Of a DNA stretch of 64,000 nucleotides, positions 57,220 through 64,000 are shown piece after piece. Origin of the DNA: Polyangiaceae bacterium (lineage in GTDB: Bacteria > Myxococcota_A > Polyangia > Polyangiales > Polyangiaceae); NCBI GenBank assembly GCA_033763455.1, contig JANRKO010000006.1, positions 352,001 to 416,000 on the forward strand, given 5' to 3'. Numbering within the stretch: the stretch's first letter is position 1; each line of letters opens with the position of its first letter. The position numbers and the translations under genes were made by a program. Below the pieces are notes generated by a model. The model was not told where the DNA came from. It made no database searches and saw only the letters and a program-made list of their open reading frames with translations.

Positions 57220-59144
57220 GCTTCGAACAGCACGGGCCGCCCTGCTTCCAAGCAAGCGACTCTCTCACCTCCATTTTGAATCACGCAGTCTGACAGCTGC
57301 GTGATCGCCCTGGCCGGTTCGGGAGTCCAAAGTTGGGGCGTTGGACCATCCACGAAGAGCCCGAGATTTGTGGGCACTACAAGCCACTTCCCGTCGGGTG
57401 ACCGGGGACTGCCCGCTACCACGGGTAGGTCACCGAATGGCTGCCCCACCGGGGCGATTGGAAGCGCTCCGAACAGCACGTGCAGCTGACCACCTTTGAA
57501 GCCGAGCGGCGCCACCGATGGCAACAGGGGCCCTTTATGCCCATTACAAGCTCCGGGGCGTGGTGCTAGGAACGAGCTCGCTACGGGCGGCTGGGGCACA
57601 CCCGAGCTGTCACTAAATACCATGCTCACAAACGGGCTGTCGCAAGGGAGCGTGATACCTGTGAAGAGCTGACCGCTGGGAGAGGCGACCGAAAGTGGCC
57701 AAGCCGAAAGGTTGCTTTCAGTGCTCGCGTTGTCAGCTCCCGCTGTTCCGGGTGCGCCGCCGGCCCCTGGAGTAGGGGGGGCTACCGTTCCGTCGGTCGT
57801 TATCCGTACTACACCGGTATCGCTGAGTAACAGCAGCCCGTTGGAGTCAAACGTTAACGGTGAATAGCGCGGTGAAGGTAGTTGCCTCTGAACCATTGCG
57901 GCAATCGGCAGCCTCTGCGCGCGGCGTTCCAACAAGGTCTTGGTGAATTCGGTCGTCAGCTTCTTCGTAGCCGCGCTATCGACATTGGCGAAGAACCAGT
58001 CGCGGGTCGCAAGCGCGGCCAGGGCAAAGAGTGGCTTTTTCTGCTTGAGGGCGAGCCGGACCCGAGTCTGGAGCACTCGGAACGCGACCTTGTCCATGTT
58101 GTTGCAGCGCACTGCGCCGCCGTCGGCGTCGGTGACGCGAAAAGTGCCACTTTCGGCACAGACGCTGGCGAAGTAGCGCACAGTTGCGTCGAGGGTGGAT
58201 GCGGCTCTTTGTGCGGCGGCGGCAGTAAGGCTGCGACTGCTCGGTGCTTGCGCGGCTTTCCACAAAGAAAAAGAGGGTTCGCTGGGATCGCGGGCGAGGC
58301 CAGAGGCGCGATCGAGCCAGACAAGTGGTGCCGAAACGGAAGTGTTGGGTGCGCCCTGCTCGCCTACCCGGATCATCACCTGCACGTCGTCACTTTGATC
58401 GCCGTCGCGATCCTGGGAATCCACACTCACGTCGAGCGTTTCGCCGGGTGCCGCCGCGGCGATTCGAAGAGTTAACCGGATAGTGTGCTGATTCATGGGT
58501 GCGAGTACTAGCAGCGCACGTGTGGGTGCTCGCGCGATGAGCGGCGTTTGGCATTCGGCCCGGATGTCCAAGGTGACGCTGTGGGCACCCGTTTGAGCGA
58601 GTTCAACCTTGCGCTGGCAGCCTTCGGCGCTGGGCACAAAGCCCGGTACTCCTGCGAGCTGTCGCGGGGGCGCTCCCGCTTCAAACAGCCATGCACCCAC
58701 CTGTGGGAGAGGTGGCCCCACGGGTGGTGTTGTGCCGGTGATGGGTGCTGCGTTGAGCCATGCGACGACTTCGAGTCGCCCGTCGTTGTTAAAATCCCCG
58801 CTCACTGCGCGTTCAAAGGCAAGGCCCGCGGGGGCGGTGATATCCTGATCGCCGAGGTGCCAGGTGGTGGCACCTTTTGGCGCAATTTCACTTGTTTTTG
58901 GGGCAAATGCGGGCGCGCCGGCTGCCGCCTGTGGGCCAGCCTCGGGTGCATGGGCGGCGCCGCCAACGGCATGCGGCGCGGAAGCCACTTTAAAAGGCGT
59001 GTACGGCTTCTCTCGCTCACAGCTCTTGCATGACACAAACCAGAGTGAAGATAACCCGCAGACGAGTGTGAACAGAGGACGAACGCTCGACGACATGTGG
59101 GGATAGCGGTTCGGGGAAACGGCGCGTTGGCGGAGTGGATTCAT
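57192..59144 (-). CDS. Hypothetical lipoprotein with FG-GAP-like motifs
   Basis: FVSC lipobox-like; GDFNNDGRLEV and DRDGDQSDDV motifs; start overlaps the upstream stop. Confidence 0.75.
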   Translation of the reverse strand: MNPLRQRAVSPNRYPHMSSSVRPLFTLVCGLSSLWFVSCKSCEREKPYTPFKVASAPHAVGGAAHAPEAGPQAAAGAPAFAPKTSEIAPKGATTWHLGDQDITAPAGLAFERAVSGDFNNDGRLEVVAWLNAAPITGTTPPVGPPLPQVGAWLFEAGAPPRQLAGVPGFVPSAEGCQRKVELAQTGAHSVTLDIRAECQTPLIARAPTRALLVLAPMNQHTIRLTLRIAAAAPGETLDVSVDSQDRDGDQSDDVQVMIRVGEQGAPNTSVSAPLVWLDRASGLARDPSEPSFSLWKAAQAPSSRSLTAAAAQRAASTLDATVRYFASVCAESGTFRVTDADGGAVRCNNMDKVAFRVLQTRVRLALKQKKPLFALAALATRDWFFANVDSAATKKLTTEFTKTLLERRAQRLPIAAMVQRQLPSPRYSPLTFDSNGLLLLSDTGVVRITTDGTVAPPTPGAGGAPGTAGADNASTESNLSAWPLSVASPSGQLFTGITLPCDSPFVSMVFSDSSGVPQPPVASSFLAPRPGACNGHKGPLLPSVAPLGFKGGQLHVLFGALPIAPVGQPFGDLPVVAGSPRSPDGKWLVVPTNLGLFVDGPTPQLWTPEPARAITQLSDCVIQNGGERVACLEAGRPVLFEAQGALARSK

Positions 59145-59938
59145 GTTCCTGTGAACGCAGGAACGCGTTTCTCGCTGAACGCTGACATTCCTTCTTGGGC
59201 ATCAGCCGTTTGGAACAATCCTCCAAATGCCCTCGCTTCGCGCGCGAACGCCGCGGCGTGGTGCCCTTCCAAATCTGCGTTGAGAAGCTCTTTGGCCTTC
59301 GCCACCGCAAGTGGCGCCGCAACTCGAACGCGGCCGGCCGCTTCCAGCGCTCTTTCGAGCAAGCTTTCGGGTGCCACCACAGCATTGACGAGCCCCGCAG
59401 CGAAGGCTTCGCTGGCATTCAAATTTCGCCCAGAAAACACCATTTCTCGAGCAAGGCCGAGGCTCACTCGGCGTGCCAAGCGCTCAGTGCCACCAAACCC
59501 CGGGATGAGGCCCAGCGTGACCTCGGGTAAGCCGAAGCGTGCGCGCTCGGAGGCCAGCATGAAGTCCGCACAGAGCGCGAGCTCAAGACCACCGCCGAGT
59601 GCGAAACCGTTCACAGCCGCAATGACAGGAAAGGGGGAACGCTCCATGAGTTGACCGAGCCGATGCCCCGTTTCGCTGAAACGCGTGGCAGCGTCGCTTC
59701 CCATCCCATTCATGTGCGCCAAATCGGCCCCTGCAACGAAGGCTTTCTCGCCGGCCCCGATGAGGATCACCGCTCGTGGCGCGCAAGCTCGCGCAAAGGC
59801 TTCGCCAAAATCTGTGAAGGCGGCCGTCAGTTCCTCAATCATGAGTAGGTTGATGGCGTTGAGCTTGTCTGGTCGATTCAGCTTCACGATGGGTGTAAGC
59901 GCATCGCCCTCGATCAAGATTGTTTGAAATGTTCTCAT
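59141..59938 (-). CDS. Enoyl-CoA hydratase (crotonase)
   Basis: LNRPDKLNA, AFVAGADL, AVNGFALGGGLELAL, PEVTLGLIPGFGGT. Confidence 0.95.
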   Translation of the reverse strand: MRTFQTILIEGDALTPIVKLNRPDKLNAINLLMIEELTAAFTDFGEAFARACAPRAVILIGAGEKAFVAGADLAHMNGMGSDAATRFSETGHRLGQLMERSPFPVIAAVNGFALGGGLELALCADFMLASERARFGLPEVTLGLIPGFGGTERLARRVSLGLAREMVFSGRNLNASEAFAAGLVNAVVAPESLLERALEAAGRVRVAAPLAVAKAKELLNADLEGHHAAAFAREARAFGGLFQTADAQEGMSAFSEKRVPAFTGT

Positions 59939-60849
59939 TGGGGAACCCGAGAAGTTGAGCCAAAAAGCGGCGCTTCCCCGAGCTTTTTGCCGCGTTCGTC
60001 GTAGTCGTAGAACCCGCGTCGGCTCTTTTTCCCAAGCCGACCCGCGGCAACCATGTTTCGAAGGAGCGTGCTGGCCCGGTACTTCGTGTCGCCGAACTCG
60101 CTCTGCAGAACTTCAGTGATTGCGAGGACTGTGTCGAGGCCGATCAAGTCCGCAAGTTCGAGTGGCCCCATCGGGTGGTTGAGGCCAAGACGTGCGCCTT
60201 GGTCGATATCCGAGACGGTCGCGAGATCTTCTTGGAGTGCGAAGATGGCTTCATTCACGAGCGGCACGAGCATGCGGTTCACCACAAATCCAGGATGATC
60301 ACGGCTTACAATGACCTCCTTGCCGAGCGAAAGAGACAGCGCCCGCGCCGTGGCGAGCGTGGCATCACTCGTCTCAAGGCCTCGTACGATCTCCACCAGC
60401 TTCATGAGTGGTACGGGGTTCATGAAATGAAGCCCCACAACCTGGGCCGGGCGTGAAGTGACCGAAGCGAGCCGGGTGATGGAGATGCTCGACGTATTCG
60501 TCGCCAGGATGGCGTGAGGCTGTGCTGCAGCGTCGGCGTTCCGCAGGAGTTGCAACTTGAGCTCAACGTTTTCGGTGGCCGCCTCGATGATCAGATCGGC
60601 TTCAGAAAGGCCTGCTGCGGTGGCGATGAGGCGAGCTTCGATTTGTTCGGCAACCTCTGCCGTGAGCGTCGCTTTTTCGACCAAACGCCGCACTTGAGCG
60701 ACCACCTTATTGCGGCCGACCTCCGCGCGTTCGAGGCTAATATCTGAGAGCAATACCCGGTAACCAGCTGTGGCACATACTTGTGCGATGCCGCCGCCCA
60801 TTTGTCCCGCACCCACGACACAGACGGTCTTGATTTGTTCAACGCTCAT
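59935..60849 (-). CDS. hbd: 3-hydroxybutyryl-CoA dehydrogenase
   Basis: VVGAGQMGGGIA, IEAATE, ATNTSSISIT, GLHFMNPVP, HPMGPLELADLIGLD. Confidence 0.95.
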   Translation of the reverse strand: MSVEQIKTVCVVGAGQMGGGIAQVCATAGYRVLLSDISLERAEVGRNKVVAQVRRLVEKATLTAEVAEQIEARLIATAAGLSEADLIIEAATENVELKLQLLRNADAAAQPHAILATNTSSISITRLASVTSRPAQVVGLHFMNPVPLMKLVEIVRGLETSDATLATARALSLSLGKEVIVSRDHPGFVVNRMLVPLVNEAIFALQEDLATVSDIDQGARLGLNHPMGPLELADLIGLDTVLAITEVLQSEFGDTKYRASTLLRNMVAAGRLGKKSRRGFYDYDERGKKLGEAPLFGSTSRVPQ

Positions 60850-61101
60850 CCAAATAGCGCTATCGCGTTGGGCGATCTGGGGCAAGCCTCGGGGCCGCGA
60901 AGCGCCCCGCGCACCGGACAACCGGGGACCACGTGCGTGGCGCTAGAATTGGGCCGACGGGCCTGGCTCCAATGGGCATTCGAGCGACTATCGGTTTGGC
61001 GTTGAAACATCGATCGATGTCCGGGCGCTTGGGGTTGACAGAACTTCGCGCTGCGAAATTAGGCCCGGCTTTTCGCTGAGCATAGTAAAAAGGGACCCAG
61101 A

Positions 61102-64000
61102 ATGGATTCAAATATCGTCCGCTCGCTACTCGGCACGCTTCAAGTTGATCCTGATTCCGCGGAGGCCTGGCAAAAGCTGGAGGATGCTGCCGGTCGGGTT
61201 GAAGGTGATCTGAGCCGCACGGAGCTTTTGCGCCTGATGGACGCCGCCCGCCTTCGCCACAGCGAGAGGGGCGAATGGGATGCAGTGGCCGCCTTGTTAC
61301 GCTTGCAAACACAGGTAGCAGTAGGGCTTCCCCAAGAAGCCGATCTGGTGATGGCCCTGGCTCGCGTCCAGAGCGAGCAACTCTTCGACGATGGCTTGGC
61401 CACAGCCGCTTTTCAGCGCTTTCTGGAGCTAAGCCCAGGCGATAAAACGGCTTCGACAGCCATTGAAGATGCTCGCTCAAAGGGGGTGCGGTGGGCTGAG
61501 TTAGTTCAGGGCTACCTATCTGAGGCAGAGCAGGCCCCCGACGATGTCTACGCAAGTTCGATGTTTATGCGTGCGGCGGAGATGGAGTTTCGCTTTGCAG
61601 GCGATGCTGCAGATTTGGGAGCAGCCGCCGAGAGGTTGGAGCGCGCTGTGCGGCTCGACGCCGCCAATGAGCGGGCCGGCCACCTTCTAGAGCGTATCTA
61701 CCGGAAGCAGAAGAAATGGGATGAGGTAGCGCGCGTTCTGGAGCGTATGGCCGACCGCGGCCCTACCGAGCAAAGCCGAGCCAGTTCGGGTATTCGATTA
61801 GCACGGCTCTACGCAAAGTGGCTCGAAGATACGGAGCGCGCCGCTCAGGCCTACGAACGCGTGTTGCGGAGTGATCCGATCAACGCTGAGGCCATGGAGT
61901 TTCTCTCGGGATTCTACTCGGCCGAGAGCCGTTGGGACGATTTGGTTCGGCTGTACGAAAACGAGCTGAAGCAAAAAGAGGCCAACAGCCCCGATCGCCT
62001 TGGGGATTGTCTGCAGATTGCGATCATCCATTGGCGCAAGCGTGAGAACCTGGAAGACGCGGAGCTCTGGTTTGACCGTGTGTTAAAGCTTGAGCCAGCA
62101 CACGCCGGAGCGTTGGAGTTCTACCGAGCCTATTCTGCAGCCAAGGGCGATGAGGGGAAGCTGCTTGAAATCCTTCAGAATGCTCAGCGTGGGATCCCGG
62201 ATGCGAACAAACGAGCCGAGCTCTCGCAGGAAATTGCAGAATTGGCGGAGGGTCAGGAGAATGCCCAGAAAGCGATTGAGCAGTATCGCAATATCTTGCG
62301 CAGCCGCCCTGATGACGAACCCGCTCGCACAGCGCTGAAACGTCTGTACCGGCAGACACAAGGATACAATGCTTTGGTTGAGTTACTGCGGCAGGAGCTG
62401 GAGCGCACGCCGGCCGACAACGCAGCGGCGCGCCTTGCTATTTTGCGGGAGGTGGCTTCTGTTTATCGCGAGCACCTTCGGAGCGACACGGCGCTCGTGC
62501 CGATCCTTAACCAAATTGTTCATTTGGATGAGAAGCTGGATCAAAACGACGTCGTTGAGGTACGGGAATTGGTGCAGCTTTACGAGAAGCTCTCGCGGTG
62601 GCGCGATCTGCTCACGACACAGCTACTCTTGGCGGACATCACGCCGGATGTTGAGGAGAAGAAGATGCTCCTCCGCGCGGCCGCACGCCGCTGGCTCGAT
62701 CAGTTCTCCAACGTTCAGCAGGCCACCGATGCGTATGCCGCGCTCCTGAAGCTCGACCCTTCGGATCCTGAAGCTCGGGAGCGCCTTGAAGAGCTGTACC
62801 GCAAGCGCCGCGCTTGGCCGGAGCTCTTTGAACTTTATGCGGGCGAAGTTGAGGGCGCTACGGGTGAACGCCGCCTCTCGCTGCAGCAAGAAATGGCGAG
62901 GCTCGCGGCGGAGCGGCTTCAGAAGCCAGCCGAGGCCATCAAGCTCTACACGACCATCCTCGCAGCTGATCCCACTCGCCTTAGCATTTTGGACGCGCTC
63001 GAACGCATTGCGGAAAAGGCGCGAGATTTCGAGAGCCTTGCGGGTGCGGTGGAGCGGCGCGTTCTGCTCACTACGGATACGGCCGAAAAGTTGGTTCAAC
63101 TTCAGAAGCTGGGCGGTGTCTACTCCGAGCACCTCAAAGACGAAGAGCGAGCGCTATCAGCATGGCAGCGTGTGCTGGAGCTTGCACCGGGGCAGGCGCG
63201 AGCATTGCGGGTGCTTCGCGACTCCTATTTGAATCGCGGGGACTACGCTGGTCTTGAAGCCCTATACGAATCGCAGAACGACTGGGAGGGCCTGGCTGAG
63301 GTACTCAGCAACGCAGGCGATCGCGCCAAAGACGATGCCGCCAAGATCGATTTGAGCTACCGAGCGGCGCGCGTTTACGCCGAAAAATTGGGGCAAGCGG
63401 ATCGGGCGTTCCGCTCTTACGAGCGCATCCTTAGCGTGAATCCCAAAGATCAGCGCGCGATCATGGCGCTTATTCCTCTGTACGAAGAAGATGAGAAATG
63501 GGCCCGCTTGCCGGCACTCTACGAGGGACTGATCGCTCTTTCGTCGTCCGTCTCAGAACAGCTGGCGCTCTACCGCAAGTTGATCGAGGTCAGCCAGAAG
63601 AAGCTTTCGGACAAGCAGGCTACCGTCGAATACTCTAAGCGAGCTTACGAGCTTGCACCCGACGACCCGAGCTTGCTGGAAGGGTTCGAGGCTGCGTGCC
63701 GGGCTGTGGGGAATTTCCAGCCCTATGTGCAGAGCTTGGAGCTCCAGCTCGCCGCCCTCCCAGAGGAGGAAGCCGCACCGGAAGGCCAAAAGAAGCGCTC
63801 TAAGAAGAAGAAGAAGGTGGAGGTCGACGATGACCAAGAAACAGTGAAGCTGGTGCCTTCACCGAGACGCGGCCTGGAGATGCGCCTCGCCCAAATTTAC
63901 GCCCAGGAGTTGGGGCGTCCAGAAGAGGCTGTACGTGTTTACAAGCAATTGACGGTAAGGCAGCCCAATGACATTGCTGTTGGTTTCGCGTTCGAGCACC
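61102..64000 (+). CDS. Very large TPR protein (gliding-motility AgmK/Glt-like), runs off the window end; not in the ORF track
   Basis: Manual translation from ATG at 61102, MDSNIVRSLLGTLQVDPDSAEAWQKLE...; continuous TPR-like helices (AYERVLRSDP, LERIYRKQKKWDEVARVLE); no in-frame stop noticed. Confidence 0.88.
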   Translation, partial: MDSNIVRSLLGTLQVDPDSAEAWQKLEDAAGRVEGDLSRTELLRLMDAARLRHSERGEWDAVAALLRLQTQVAVGLPQEADLVMALARVQSEQLFDDGLATAAFQRFLELSPGDKTASTAIEDARSKGVRWAELVQGYLSEAEQAPDDVYASSMFMRAAEMEFRFAGDAADLGAAAERLERAVRLDAANERAGHLLERIYRKQKKWDEVARVLERMADRGPTEQSRASSGIRLARLYAKWLEDTERAAQAYERVLRSDPINAEAMEFLSGFYSAESRWDDLVRLYENELKQKEANSPDRLGDCLQIAIIHWRKRENLEDAELWFDRVLKLEPAHAGALEFYRAYSAAKGDEGKLLEILQNAQRGIPDANKRAELSQEIAELAEGQENAQKAIEQYRNILRSRPDDEPARTALKRLYRQTQGYNALVELLRQELERTPADNAAARLAILREVASVYREHLRSDTALVPILNQIVHLDEKLDQNDVVEVRELVQLYEKLSRWRDLLTTQLLLADITPDVEEKKMLLRAAARRWLDQFSNVQQATDAYAALLKLDPSDPEARERLEELYRKRRAWPELFELYAGEVEGATGERRLSLQQEMARLAAERLQKPAEAIKLYTTILAADPTRLSILDALERIAEKARDFESLAGAVERRVLLTTDTAEKLVQLQKLGGVYSEHLKDEERALSAWQRVLELAPGQARALRVLRDSYLNRGDYAGLEALYESQNDWEGLAEVLSNAGDRAKDDAAKIDLSYRAARVYAEKLGQADRAFRSYERILSVNPKDQRAIMALIPLYEEDEKWARLPALYEGLIALSSSVSEQLALYRKLIEVSQKKLSDKQATVEYSKRAYELAPDDPSLLEGFEAACRAVGNFQPYVQSLELQLAALPEEEAAPEGQKKRSKKKKKVEVDDDQETVKLVPSPRRGLEMRLAQIYAQELGRPEEAVRVYKQLTVRQPNDIAVGFAFEH

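Overview
GC-rich bacterial chromosome segment. Gene content (giant TPR protein, TonB-C/TonB-dependent receptor fusion, DUF1592/DUF1552 pair, Cys-rich lipoproteins, FHA proteins, stand-alone groEL) points to a myxobacterium (Myxococcota); this is inferred. It carries about 50 CDSs, mostly housekeeping (cobO, cobalamin/iron ABC transporter, metK, argJ, groEL, thiD, efp, dtd, acyl-CoA enzymes), plus tRNA-Thr(CGT). The most notable feature is a RiPP-like cluster at 4464-8720: a 61-aa precursor with a YxxP leader, three Cys and a C-terminal Ser; a radical SAM/SPASM enzyme; a PqqD/RRE protein; an HPr-kinase-like P-loop protein; an S24/S26 peptidase; and a nucleotidyltransferase, with no lasso cyclase. 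It lies next to a methyltransferase resembling fungal sphingolipid C9-methyltransferases. Non-coding features are a dispersed family of ~58-bp tandem repeats built on an ACTTAGCATG palindrome, two copies of a ~300-bp multi-hairpin element, a LexA-like box inside the alkB-family promoter, and a 32-bp duplicated palindrome upstream of an AAA+ ATPase. All family assignments come from motif recognition by eye; no database searches were run.
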